Source: Eledone cirrhosa (Eukaryota). Taken from it: DNA of 64,000 nt. Location of the stretch: the NCBI GenBank assembly GCA_964016885.1, contig OZ024741.1:120404001-120468000 (forward strand), in the 5' to 3' direction. Positions 1-17,446 of this stretch are shown here, one piece after another; within the stretch, counting starts at the first letter, position 1, and the number at the start of each line of letters is the position of its first letter. The position numbers and the translations under genes are program-made. The notes under the pieces are model-generated. The model was not told the origin of the DNA, did not search any database, and saw only the letters and a program-made list of their open reading frames with translations.

Positions 1-144
1 GTGTGTGTGCGCGCGCGCGCGTGTGTGCGCGCGCGCGCGTGTGTGCGCGCGTGTGTGCGCGCGTGTGTGCGCGCGTGTGTGCGCGCGTGTGTGCGCGCGT
101 GTGTGCGTGCGTGTGTGCGTGCGTGTGCGTGCGTGTGTGTGTGC
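1..144. repeat. Alternating purine-pyrimidine (GT/GC) compound repeat, ~12-bp unit
   Basis: GTGTGTGCGCGC-like units from the window start; composition prone to Z-DNA. Confidence 0.9.
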
Positions 145-1029
145 AAAAGGCAAACAGAAATACCAAAGCAAACGACACAGTACAGTGTAGAAATATATTA
201 TTAGTTTTACGTTTGATATAGTAGGAAAAGAGTCTTAACTTAATAGTGGGTGTTGTTGACTTGTATTAGTTACATGTATATTTTGAAATACACCATTGCA
301 ATATGTGTGGAAATCACATCAAACGGAGAAGTTTTTTTCTGATATTATTTTAGTGTAGAAAAAAATTAAATATCTCCTTGTACTGAAATACACACTAGCA
401 TCCAAGGCCAACAAGTATGTATTTTAACCCTCTCGGCTAGCGTTACAACGTACACACGCTTCTCACAATTATGCGCCCCGTTTACCCATTAAAATAATTT
501 TAACTTACAGTTTCGGAGCTGACAAGCCTAGATTTTGACAATATTTGCACTTGCCACACTAAGAAAATTACTAAGCCTGTATTTCCCACTATACATTTTA
601 CATAACCCAACGTCAAATCTTGTGGCAAGTCAAAATGCGATAGGATGCTCTCCGCCGCTTAGGATATTTCCACAATACTGATACGCGGCAAAATGTTTTA
701 GTGTCTTGTTTATTGATCGCAGAAAATTATTTTATACTTAATTCAAATTATAGGAATATGTATAAAACTACCATTACTGTTTCCGGTCACATTGCAGTGT
801 TTTTAGTGGTCCTATTCGCACCAGTCATGAATTTTCTCAAACTCGCGAAGGCTAGGCATTTTTAGAGGTGGTCTTTACTCATCTCGTTGTAGCTACATCA
901 CTGGGTTGTGAGGGTTTTCTTGAGAGCTAACAGTTTCACCTATTGCTCCATCTCCCTTAGTAATTTACTGGTGTTGGTCCGGGGTTGTTTATTCGTCCGG
1001 CAGTAGCCATCATATATGGTGACCGTTCT

Positions 1030-1275
1030 CTAGCAGGACAGCAAAACCGACAGGAGACCTAAGGGTATTCCCCGAGCAAGATGGTTGGATAACATCCATG
1101 AGCTCATCTTGTTTCGCTTTGGGGATCCAGCCGGATCAGTTGGAAACCTGATGCATGCAGACGAGTTGGGAGACAGACCAGAACACTGAAAGGTGTTCTT
1201 GAAAATGATACCGGGTTGGACAACAACAACAATAACAACAACAACAATAACAACAACAAACAACAACAACAACAA
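1030..1275 (+). mobile_element. 3' fragment of a non-LTR retrotransposon (RTE-like) with (CAA)n tail
   Basis: Translates RPKGIPRARWLDNI, resembling the GRPR..W C-terminal motif of RTE-type ORFs, followed by ACA/ATA repeats. Confidence 0.55.
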
Positions 1276-1605
1276 AAATTACGATCCCTTAACGTTCGGT
1301 AATGCACCTCTCAAAGGCGGCTGTCTAGTTGGTCTTCATAGTAGCGCCGCCATTTTCGCAGTAGCAGTCTATTCACTGATACGTTGAAACCCTGGGTTTG
1401 CGCTGTAGGAAAAGTAATGAATCTCTCACGCTACTACCAAAATTATAAACTGATAGGTCTCTTTATATCATATATATAGTTTGTGGTTGGCGCCTTTTTG
1501 GTGCAATTTTTCTTTCTAGTTTGGCTCGAATATGGTGTATTTTGTATGTGTGTTTGTGTACATATACATTTATTTTATATATATATATATATCCATATAT
1601 TTATA

Positions 1606-1651
<46 letters not shown>

Positions 1652-1720
1652 AGTGTGTGTGCGTGTGTACGTGTATGTGTGTATACATATGTGTGTATAC
1701 ATATGTGTGTATACATATAC

Positions 1721-1791
<71 letters not shown>

Positions 1792-2480
1792 GTCAGCAAC
1801 TCGATTTCAAGTAATGCCATCGCTTGATACTTAAGCATGACGGATGTGACTTTTTTTAGTCCTGCTAGGGACTTGCCTATGGCCAGCAATGTCATGCATC
1901 GCAAAAAATGTCACCTATCAAGCGATACCTGTGCTTGAAGTTTCTTTTTAAGTGAGGAAAGGCTTTGCACGGAGTCAATTACACTCTATGAACATCGAAT
2001 GCATTTGCCCCAAAAGAAGAACTGGATGCAAACGAAGTCGTAGTTTTTATATCAAAATGAACTTCTCCTAGAGAGATGTCTTAATGAAGGCAAGGAGTCT
2101 CTCGTTCCACAAAATAAAAAACACTTTATTGGATGGCCGTTGACTCTCCTGAGTTCCTCCGCCCCCTTTGACGGGTTTCGTTTTTCATCCCGCAAGTTGT
2201 CCAAAATCACTATCCACACCAAGCAAGCTTGGTGGAGTTGCCGTTTTATTCGCCGACGACCCGACCTTGCACAGGCTGTACTGAGTTATATGTTACCAGT
2301 AGCGTTGAAGGATCACCTGACATATATATATATAATATTGAAAATAATACTAAATGCTGTTAATTACATCATATTTTAATTAACGCACATTACTTCTATC
2401 TCAAAGTATATTTAATTAATTATTGGTTAATGAATTATATGATCATCTACCTTTATCTGTTTTCGTATTTGAAAACGACT

Positions 2481-2624
<144 letters not shown>

Positions 2625-2674
2625 TAAAATGAAAGGAACAAAGAACCAGTGTTACATCATAACATATTTAATAA

Positions 2675-2764
2675 CATATTACATATGTTTCACCGTCGAT
2701 CAGCTCAAGGAACGATCTATTCTTGATCGAACCCGACTCTGGAATCGAAAAGTCCTCAGATATG
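2675..2764 (-). ncRNA. Hammerhead ribozyme motif, long stem II
   Basis: Minus strand: catat-CTGAGGA-(~60 nt with TCGAT/ATCGA)-GAAA-CATATG-TA-atatg; palindromic stem III, GUA site. Confidence 0.7.
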
Positions 2765-2789
2765 ATTCAATATGTAAGCTCGTCTCTGA

Positions 2790-3194
<405 letters not shown>

Positions 3195-4029
3195 GTATGT
3201 ATGTATGTATATATCAATATATCAAAATGAAGTAACGGAGTCAGAAACTCGCGTTAGTCCCTGTAATTCATGAGCTCAAAGGAAAGAGAATCCTGGGCTC
3301 TTCAAATATAATGTAGAGAAGAACACACACGGGAGAGAGTGAGTGTTTATCAAGTTACAGGGGATACCACTAGCGTATTGAACTTATAAACTAAGAAAGG
3401 TGAGGTAGATACATTACAATTAAAAATATAAATTAAAATGACACGCCGTTGGGTCCCGGGCTGGCCGGGGATCCGTAACGTCGCTGGTTATTGACCACTA
3501 AACATGGGCTTAATCTTTACTCTATATTCTACCCTGAAACTTCATCGTGACTATCTATAATACACTTAAACTTTTTCATAAAAGCCTCCTTCTATAAATT
3601 CTTTAACTAAATCTCACAACTTTAAACCTAAACCTTATTTTTCTAATTTCATCTTAAATGGCATCTTCTAACTCTAAACATAAATTTAACGCTTCTAATA
3701 CTTAATCGTAATTTCTGTCCATACATTATACCATGCAGACGCCCACTATATATTACTATATATAGCTTTGTTAAAGATATATGTTCTTTGAAAAAATATT
3801 TTCGCGGCACTTTCTAGCACGCATGACCAGTTTGATTGTAACCTGATCTCAACGCTGGCCTCTGTCTTTGGTAGTAGTACACTATAAGCCTACGCCCCTT
3901 CACCAAATGGACATAAGTAGGCTTAATAATCACCACCTGAGGGTGGCCGACCTGGGTAGAAGCTGCTAAATGTTCGGTCGCTCAAATGTCTCTGATTTTC
4001 AGCCCTATGGATTTTGTCTATTATATTCC

Positions 4030-4108
4030 TTTGTTATATTTCGAATACCTGATGATGTCACCGGATTCATACTGAACCCGGTCATTGAAATGATCATAGT
4101 ATAACAAA
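4030..4108 (+). ncRNA. Hammerhead ribozyme motif
   Basis: atac-CTGATGA(4049)-stem II with ACCGG/CCGGT-GAAA(4087)-TGATCA-TA-gtat; decayed copy near 16430-16490. Confidence 0.7.
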
Positions 4109-4293
4109 CCTTTTAAGGAATTACACCAGTCCAGCCTCCTGTTATTTTATAATAATTAACTCCGTACTCGCACCACCAACTACACAAACTAAGACGGGTG
4201 AGTTGCATTACGTTGAGTGCTCTCCATAATATTACATCGAGGTTGACCATAGGGAATGACCAGTTCTATCCAGTGGTGAATCAACAAACCTAA

Positions 4294-4337
<44 letters not shown>

Positions 4338-4589
4338 AAAAAAGATGAAATCGAAAATGCAACTGAAGTTTTTTGTTATAAAAATATATATTTATTTGGT
4401 TCCTTTACCGGTTTCGCAGTTCTTCTGCTTTTCAAAAGTAGAATTGAAATGGAGGGTTTGTGGTTTTTCTCACATCTGGTTGGTGTTTGAATGTTACTTC
4501 TGTTTTATATGGAAAAAACACAGTTCTTATTATATTTGCCTTCAAAGAAGGAGGGGGGCTCAGGTTCTTTTTTCATATATGAGTGAAGT

Positions 4590-5055
4590 TTGGTTGGTTG
4601 ATGCAATCACGTGAATAAGCACATCAGCTTTCGCGCCGGTTTGTGTTTAAATTTCTTTTTACTTAAAAAAGGTGGCTCACGAAGGCTTTTTTTTATAAAT
4701 GTAATTTGATTGGTTATAAATGAAATTATGACTGTCACGTGAACAAGTACATTGTATTTCGCGCCCGTATTTTGGAATTTTCTTTTTGTAGCCATTTAGA
4801 GAATTTTGTGCCAAACAAAAGATAATGGTCAAGAAAAAGAGATGGAGAGAGTTGTTCTGAGTATGGCTGATATGCTGAAATGTAATTTGATTGGTTATAA
4901 ATGAAATTATAATTGCCACGTGAACAAGTAGATTAAATTTCGCGCCCGTATTTTGGAATTTGTTTTGTAGCCTTTTAGAGAATGTTGTGCCAAACAAAAG
5001 ATAATAGTCAAGAAAAACGGGATGGGGAGAATTGTTCTGGTTCAGTGAATATGGC
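4590..5055. repeat. Tandem repeat, ~181-bp unit (two full copies and one diverged partial)
   Basis: AATGTAATTTGATTGGTTATAAATGAAATTAT...CACGTGAACAAGTA...TTTCGCGCCCGTATTTTGGAATTT repeated near 4698 and 4878. Confidence 0.8.
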
Positions 5056-5132
5056 TGGTGTAATGGGGTATCAAAATTCAGACTTTCTATTGAAACAAAT
5101 AAAGTAGAGATATGTATGTTTATTTGTGTGCT

Positions 5133-5631
<499 letters not shown>

Positions 5632-5869
5632 TTCGATTTGTTAACTATATGTCTAGTCAATTTCTACAAGCTAGAAGGAATATTAGGTAAATACCATATG
5701 CTTACATCGCGGAAAAGAAGCTACATCATTTGTCTATTATTTCTTCATAAGTACATTTTAAACTTATAGCCTTGTTTAAATGATGTTTTGTGTGGTTGAT
5801 TTATACTGATTGGGAGAGGAATTACTGTATATATTTTATCTAATGATTCTTTGGACTTATATATATATA

Positions 5870-7465
5870 TATTGAAGAACATCCCCATCCCTCCAAGGAC
5901 ACTTTACCTAAAAACACTCATCAGACGTACCGACGAGTTCATCAAACGAATTAGATGGAGAACCTTCTTCCTCGACAACCCTGATGTAGCATCTACCAAT
6001 GATGAGAAGTTCGGCTTCAAAACGAATAAGGCACCACCCACCAACAGCTTACTTGAACCATTTGAGGAAGACCTCTTCAAGATGATCAAAGATATCAAAT
6101 GTAGTAGAGCCAACACACCATTCCAGGCCTACTTAAATACTGAATTACGGAATATAAAAAAATCCCCTAATCTTCATGTCTCCTCCGATAAAACCAAAAA
6201 CGTTTATGAGGTAGACCCACACACCTACAATAAGCTGGCAAAAAATGCCATCACGACCATCTACAAAAAGGTAACAGAGATGGTATTGACTGAGACAAAC
6301 GCGGCCGGAAAAGAAATCGCCAAGTCCCTTAAATTACATGACCGAACCGAACCTTTAAGGGTAAAGACCCCGCACTTTACCCTGAAGGACCATAAGGGAA
6401 ACTTTCTCAACAAACCATCAGTCAGACTTATCAACCCCACTCGTTCGGACATCGGCTCTATCAGTAAGAAGATCCTTGATAGAGTTCTACCATCATTTCG
6501 GGTTGCCTCACCACTCCCACTCTGGAGCAGAACATCTGAGGCAATATCTTGGTTCCAAGAATTACCCGACAAACGCCACACTCGCTTCCTGCAACTCGAC
6601 ATAGAAAACTACTATGCTTCTATCTCGAAGCCCCTCCTGAAGGACGCAATTACTTTTGCCAGGAATTTTACCACCATAACCGATGCTGAGCAAGATGTTA
6701 TCCTCCATGCCCGTAAGACCTTCCTATACCACGATGGATCTTACTGGATCAACAAGAAGTCTCAGACCCCATTTGACGTCAGCATGGGAGCGAGTGACTC
6801 GGTTGAAATAAGCGACCTTGTGGGCCTGTTCATTTTACATCACCTGAAGAACCTCTTTACAGGCCTAACCGGAGGTTTATACCGAGACGACGGCCTCTTC
6901 GCCCTGCACAAGGTTAACCCCAGAACCACCGATGGGTTTCGGAAAAACTTAAGCTCGTTCTTCCGTAATCTAGGATTTAGTATAACTATAGAATCTAATA
7001 TGACTAGGGCCAACATTTTAGATGTCACTCTCGACCTAGGTACTTCCTTCTATTACCCGTACCACAAACCTAATGAGTCCCTTAGATATATTAATGTTAA
7101 TTCTAACCACCCCAAAAACATCACTGATAACTTAGTAAAAAGCGTCTCTATTAGAATCTCTGGCCTCTCGGCCAATGAAGACATATTTAACGCCTCTGCA
7201 TCCTACTACAATGACGCCCTCGCCCGCAGCGGATTTAAAGAAAAGATAACTTACCTAGAAACCACCGCAAGACTGCATAGGAGGAATAGGCATAGGCAGA
7301 TTAGCTGATACAACCCCCCCCCCCTTCAATAGAGAGGTCTCTACATCTATAGCTAGGATTTTCTTCACTTTGCTGAACACACACTTCCCCATACAACATA
7401 GGTACTACACCATCTTTAATAAGAACTCAATAAGACTCTCCTACTCCACTACACCTAACCTAGCT
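5870..7465 (+). mobile_element. Penelope-like element, RT region (truncated, bounded by (TA)n)
   Basis: 485-aa ORF with SDKT, RLINP, LDIENYY, SMGA, GLYRDDG, LDVTL and YINVNSNHP PLE RT motifs; stop and frameshift near 7308. Confidence 0.9.
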
Positions 7466-7536
7466 ATATATATATATATGTATATGTATATGTGTATGTA
7501 TGTATGCGTGTGTGTATGTATGTGTATGTATGTATG

Positions 7537-7623
<87 letters not shown>

Positions 7624-8104
7624 ATATGTATATGTATATATATATATATACACATACATACTGTATCTCCTATCTCATTTTGCATATATGTACTGTATGT
7701 GTTTTTTGCATTTATTGGATATTTTTTGTGGGTATTTTTTCTTTTGTGTACTTTATATCTGTGGGTTTTTTTTTGGGGGGGGGGGGGTCCATGTGATGGA
7801 AATTCTAACTATGTACCCGCCTAACTACTAACTTTCATACTGTAATTTACCCTCCGTTCTACTGTACGGTACTATCGTTCAGTATGTAGATAATTGTTTC
7901 TACTTTAGGCACAAGGCCAGCAATTCACCAGTACATCTGCGGTAGCTAATGGTCAACTTCCTTCGGATATGCGCCTGCGCAGACCGGAGGGGTGAATTGG
8001 TACTCACAAGGGAACGGATGAAGAACCCAAGAGCACACACTTCGTCCGTTCCCATGTCGATTCAATTTGGATTGCCTCGGAAACATAAGCTTATTATGTA
8101 ACAA

Positions 8105-8178
8105 GCTGTCTGACGATGTCGCGGCACTGGCGCACGGAACATTTTGGCCACTGTTGCCATTGAAATATATATCACAGC
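8105..8178 (+). ncRNA. Hammerhead ribozyme motif
   Basis: gctgt-CTGACGA-(45-nt stem II)-GAAA-TATATA-TC-acagc; AUC site, perfect 5-bp stem I. Confidence 0.75.
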
Positions 8179-8187
8179 ATTATTATT

Positions 8188-8525
8188 AGTTACGTCCCTT
8201 TACGATCTGAATTCAAATCCCGCCGAGGTTGACTTTGCCTTTCATCCTTACGGGGTCGATAAAATAAAATACCAGTAATGCACTGGCCTTGTGCCTAAAG
8301 TAGAAACAATTATTATTAAAAGACTTGGCGGTGGATTGGCAGTATCAGTAGAGGGTCGGACGCCATGCTTTCCAGCATAGTTACGTCCCTTTACGATCTG
8401 AGTTCAAATCCCGCCGAGGTTGACTTTGCCTTTCATCCTTACGGGGTCGATAAAATAAAGTACCAGTAATGCACTGGGTAATTGCTGGCCTTGTGCCTAA
8501 AGTAGAAACAATTATTAAAAGACTT
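8188..8525 (+). mobile_element. Tandem tRNA-derived SINE copies
   Basis: B-box-like GAGTTCAAATCC followed by conserved GACTTTGCCTTTCATCC...GGGGTCGATAAAATAAAGTACCAG; other copies elsewhere in the window. Confidence 0.8.
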
Positions 8526-8582
8526 GAACATGTGAAACTACTTCGCTTTTCCTTATTCTATATATATATATATATATATATA

Positions 8583-8785
8583 TAGGAAAATGTATGACCC
8601 CGACGGCAAAGCTCAAGCCGTTTCGACGGCTATTTCTGGACTATTTATGTCCAGAAATAGCCGTAGAAACGGCTTGAGCTCTGCCGTTGGGGTCATACTT
8701 TTTCCTATTTCCCACTCTACTACCCTAAGTATTGAGTACTCTGGTGCGTTATGGTCCATCTGGTTCCTTACCACAATTCCTTTAT
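8583..8785 (+). repeat. ~125-bp palindrome plus ~75-bp tail, flanked by TA-rich repeats
   Basis: Self-complementary 8583-8708; close second copy at 22365-22570. Confidence 0.85.
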
Positions 8786-8877
8786 TATATATATGTATTT
8801 ATGTATTTATGTATTTATGTATATGTGTATATATGTGTATATGTGTAGATGTGTTTGTATATGTTTGTATATGTGTA

Positions 8878-12345
<3,468 letters not shown>

Positions 12346-12357
12346 TTAATATAGATG

Positions 12358-12408
12358 AGATTCTACAGGACTAGAACTGTTTCATTCTTTAGAAATCATC
12401 AGGAATCT
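12358..12408 (-). ncRNA. Hammerhead ribozyme motif, closed stem III
   Basis: Minus strand: agattc-CTGATGA-tTTCtaaaGAAt-GAAA-CAG ttctagtc CTG-TA-gaatct. Confidence 0.75.
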
Positions 12409-12846
12409 GGCTTTCCAAAAATAAATGTTATGGTATTTATATCTTTTCATGTGGTAGGAGAGGGTGGGGAGTGGGATGGGTGGAGGTCATTGGTTGAAAG
12501 AAAAGGGAATTCATTAAAAGCTAATTCTTTAAAGCTATAATTTATATTTAGAGTAACAAAGGCAGAAAGAATTCTATAAATAAGTTCAGAATGGGATGCC
12601 ACTCCTTATTTTTAAGTTTCTCTTAAGCTAACAATGCCTATATTTTAGGTGTCTATAAGATGGTTGGGTGTCGGTGGATTTAAAGAAAAGGAAAATTCTT
12701 TAAAAGTTAATTCTTTAAAGCTCTACTTAGAGTGACAAAGGCCAAGAGAATTCTATAAACCAGTTCAAAATATTGGGTACCTATCATATCATTATTGTCA
12801 TATTTCTCTTAAGCTATATTCCAGGTGTCAACAGACACATTCACAT

Positions 12847-12937
<91 letters not shown>

Positions 12938-12957
12938 ACATATATATACACACACAC

Positions 12958-12992
<35 letters not shown>

Positions 12993-13017
12993 CACATACA
13001 TGCACATATACACACAC

Positions 13018-13050
<33 letters not shown>

Positions 13051-13083
13051 CATACATACACATATATATACATATATATATAT

Positions 13084-13118
<35 letters not shown>

Positions 13119-13406
13119 ATAAAGTATGTCCATAGAATCATTTGATAATATATATACACCATTTCCTCTCCCAATTAGCATAATTAACCACACAAAAAAT
13201 CAATTAGACCAGGCTATAAGATTAAAAGGCACCTATGAAGAAATAGTAGATAAATAAACGACACCAATCTCTTCGCGGCCAACCGCCATAGAATATTTAC
13301 CCAACATTTCAACAGCACGTGGAAATCGATTAAATATACAGTTAACCATACACAATTAGGTATAAAATTAAAGTTAGAAGAAATGTATATACACATACCA
13401 GGATTA

Positions 13407-13488
13407 TGTTTCTACCCTCGGGTTTCGTTCGCATTTGGAAATATCCTATTAAGGATAAAATCTCGAGCTTCGAACTCATCAGGAAACA
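13407..13488 (-). ncRNA. Hammerhead ribozyme motif
   Basis: Minus strand: tgtttc-CTGATGA-GTTCG...CGAAC-GAAA-CCCGAGGG-TA-gaaaca. Confidence 0.8.
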
Positions 13489-13765
13489 AATTCGTTAGGA
13501 CAGATTATTTACTTAAGTGATCCCCGTCAGAAACGAATTCAAAATGGCTAAGAATTGTGACGTGGCAGTGGTCAAGTCAGAAAGAATGTGATTGGTTGCT
13601 TACGGCAAGTGGGCTGGTTGCTAGAAAGCGCAGCCCAATATTGCCCAAATTGCATCTCAGCCTTATGGGAGATTATTAAATATAAAGAATTACATATACA
13701 CAAACTAGACAAAGTCACAGATATATATGTGTTTTGGCAACCATTCACACATATATATATATATA

Positions 13766-15409
13766 TTGTTATACTTGGGGAAGGTCATATTTGTGTAATA
13801 ATATTGCCAGAATTAATAACAGAACACACTCACTGTTTGGTCGGTTTTCGCTTTTCGCTTCTGTGTCTTGTATATCGGTTAATTTAATTTATTCGCTCCT
13901 CAATGTTACCATTGACTGACCAACGGTCAAAAATACAAATACAATATAGACACAAACACATATATATAGTCTAACAAAATTCTTTCGTTGCACATCTGCA
14001 ACATCGTCAGTGGTGCTATTATGTTTCCTCCCGTTGTATTGTATGCTTACGCCATCTTTATTTAGTCTGTTTATTTATTTTTTTTTTGTTTATTTTTTTT
14101 TGTCTTCTCTGCGCATGCGTTTGCGTGTGTGTATAGTGTTTTTCTATGTGTGTTCGTGTTTAGGTGACTGTGTATTGGTTATTGTACTCTATCTTAGTTT
14201 ACTAGTGTGTGTTTATATGTGTTTGTTGTTATTGTACTTGTGTATGTATTTATTTATTTATACTTCTCTTAGGTCAGTGTTGTTTGTTTGGGTGTTGTTG
14301 TTATTCCATTCATTTTTTCTGTTTAGCCTTGGTCTCCTGAGTTCTATTTCGCTGGCCTCTCTGATTTGCCTATCTGCTGGGTCATTTCTATGTTTAGATA
14401 TTATTCTAATTTCTATGTTGTCTATGTTACCGTCGTGTTGTTGTCTGGCATGTTCGTATAGTACTCAACCATTTTTTCGTCCTTTTAGTTCCCCCCAGTG
14501 TTGGTCTATTCTTTCACCTATGCTACAAGCTGTCTCGCCTATGTATGTTGTTGTCATGTTTCTGCAAGTACCCTCTGTACGTCTTATGCTATAGACTACG
14601 TTTCTAGTTTTACAGTTTATCCGGGGGTTTACTTTACATATGATACATTTCCTATTAGTACAGTGGGTTTTCTTAAAAGGGTAGATTTTGCTGATCAGGG
14701 ATTTTATGGTGGTTCCTGGATTTTCTACCACCTTAATCTTTAAGTGGGTCTTTCTCTGGGCTTTTCTACACTGGTTAGCTAATTTCCCTCCAGGGGTAGC
14801 GTCCACAAACATGACACTCTGGTATCTCTGGTGTCGTACCATGAGGTGGCTTTCCCTATCTTATGTCTAGTCCTATCTAAGCTATTCCATGATTTGATCC
14901 TGTATAATGGGCAAATTCCTTTCATGTCCAGTGCTATGAGGGTCTTATACTTCTCCGTGGCTCCTTCGTATACTCTGATTCTGTCTCTTTGGTTGCAGCC
15001 AGAGAATTGCATGTGGTTGATGAAGTGTTGGATGTGTCTTTCCATTTCTGTTGGGTCGCACATGCGGGACACGTTCTTCATCACTCGTACCATGTCTGCG
15101 ATCAGAATATTAAACTTAGCACTACTGTACATTGCTGAGTTTTTGAGTATCAGGTATTTGGAGGCCATGGGTTTAGCATAGTGTGAGTGGAGAATTTGGG
15201 CTCTCACGTCTATAGTGTTAATCCAGAGTTCTGTGTCTAATACAGGTAGTCTATTGTTAGGGTATTTGGAAGGGTAGTCGATAGTTACAGTTTTACGCTG
15301 GTGTATGGAATTAGCTATCTGCTGGATGCTTTCCATTGTGCTACGTTCTAAATCAAACTTGTTAGTGCTCTCTTGTGGGGATGTCCTTATTACTATATTG
15401 ATGTCGTCT
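13766..15409 (-). mobile_element. Penelope-like element, 5'-truncated (RT C-terminus, GIY-YIG, pLTR)
   Basis: DDINI, LPVLD, CKTRNVVYSI...YIGETA; frameshifts; related to 59448-64000. Confidence 0.9.
13973..14014 (-). ncRNA. Minimal hammerhead motif in pLTR
   Basis: Minus strand: CTGACGA-t-GTTGCA gatg TGCAAC-GAAA-gaat-TT. Confidence 0.6.
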
Positions 15410-15712
15410 AGCTTTTAAAGAATTTTCCCTTTTCTTTAAATCCATCGACCATGACCAACCATCTTATAGACACCTGAAATATAGGCATTGTTAGCTTAAG
15501 AGAAACTTAAAAATTAGGAGTGGCATCCCAATTTGAACTTGTTTATAGAATTCTTTCTGCCTTTGTCACTCTAAATATAAATTATAGCCTTAAAGAATTA
15601 GCTTTTAATGAATTCCCTTTTCTTTCAACCAATGACCTCCACCCATCCCACTCCCCACCCTCTCCTACCACCAGAAAAGATATAAATACCAGAACATTTA
15701 TTTTGGACAGCC

Positions 15713-15763
15713 AAATTCCTGGTGATTTCTAAAGAATGAAACAGTTCTAGTCCTGTAGAATCT
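15713..15763 (+). ncRNA. Hammerhead motif with mutated core (CTGGTGA)
   Basis: Copy of 12358-12408 with an A>G change in the catalytic core. Confidence 0.55.
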
Positions 15764-15851
15764 CATCTATATTAAAACTTTTATACTCTGCTATGTATTG
15801 AGTACCTTTCTTACTGTGGATACCTCCGATTCAACCCGGAATGACTTACCT

Positions 15852-15955
<104 letters not shown>

Positions 15956-16236
15956 TATATATAGTGTATTCTGCAATACACTGTATGCTTAATTAAAAGC
16001 ATTTTGAAGACCTTACACTATTGTTTTAAAGTAGTGACAATGTCACTTACTTCTATTTTCAGCAAACAAGGGGAGATAAGCTGACAGACCTCTGTTTCGT
16101 ACTTGTTGGTACTTATCAAAGCTCAGCACTCCTCCTGTTTGCTGAAAATTATGAATGTTGGATTCTTATAGAATTCCAGTAATAATCAGGAACTGATTAT
16201 ATTCATCATACCAGCATATATATATATATATATATA

Positions 16237-16539
16237 TCTTTAGGTTTATTGGTTCACCACTGGATAGATTTGGTCATTCCGTATTGTCAATCTTGGAGTA
16301 ATATTGTGAAGAGTACTCAACGTAGTGCAGTTCACCCGTCTTCATTTGTGTAGTTGGTGGTGCGAATACGGAGTTAATTATAAATAAAATAACAGGAAGC
16401 TGGACTCGTGTAAATCCTTGAAAGGTTTATTATACTATGATATCACCGGATTCATATGGAACCCGGTCATTAAAGTGATCATAGTATAATAAACCTTTTA
16501 AGGATTTACACCAGTTCAGCCTCCTGTTATTTTTATTTA
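16237..16539. repeat. Fold-back pLTR fragment (arms 16381-16441 / 16478-16539)
   Basis: Left part is the reverse complement of ~4095-4295; right part is a direct copy of ~4055-4150. Confidence 0.75.
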
Positions 16540-16641
16540 TATATATATATAGTGAAACTTGGAAGGGAACAAAAACAGAGAGGCAGACAAATAAAGGTTT
16601 ATTAGGTTCACGCTCTTGAGAGTGGGGGGGGGGGGGGACCA

Positions 16642-16693
<52 letters not shown>

Positions 16694-16866
16694 TGGTATG
16701 ATGAATTTACGTTTATGTTATATGATGCAGGCAAAAAAAAAATGTTATTTTTCTTGCGTGCCCGACAACCATATCACATAAACGTAAATTCATCAGAGGA
16801 AATCGCACCCATACCAACAACAAATGCAACTACTTCATCTTGAATTGCATCTTTCTTAATGTTATT

Positions 16867-16947
<81 letters not shown>

Positions 16948-17380
16948 AAATATAATTTCAGCGAGGTCGTTTTTCGGCTGTTGCCAAAAACAAAGCGAAA
17001 CGCAATTTTCGAGATATGCGGCAATCGCTCAATGGACTAAAAGATGACCAGAGCAATTAACATGCGTTATAGAGGCCAAACAAACTGAAAACGGCGGTCA
17101 TGAAGCTATCAGCCACCGGAGCCAAAAACACTAAGCAACCTAAACAGGTTATTTATAAACCCAGATTACATTTATTGTATTCAGCCATGTAGAGCGAAAA
17201 TATTTTTTTTTATGTGACAAAGCCGGCCATTTATCGCTCGTATACAGGAAACTGACTGGCCAGTCTGCTGATATGCAAATGTAGCTAATCAGTGGATCTG
17301 CTAATATGCAAATCAGGCCGATCAGTCACTGTGTATTTTCGAAAATAGCATATATTTTCACTAACTCTGGCAGTTGGTAG

Positions 17381-17446
17381 GTGAACAGTGAACTGTACTG
17401 ATGAAGGGTGATACCCAGAAACATTAGTGTCTGCAGTTCTGTTCAC
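17381..17446 (+). ncRNA. Hammerhead ribozyme, near canonical, GUC site
   Basis: gtgaacag..gaactgta-CTGATGA-a-GGGT gat ACCC-a-GAAA-CATTAGTG-TC-tgcagttc tgttcac. Confidence 0.85.

Larger units (their letters stand above)
12342..15779. repeat. Diverged inverted pair of HHR-bearing repeats (12342-12707 / 15411-15779)
   Basis: ~365-bp arms, reverse-complementary with scattered mismatches. Confidence 0.8.

Noticed and set aside
8326-8415. Possible tRNA gene
   Set aside because: A/B boxes only, no cloverleaf seen; continues into the SINE body
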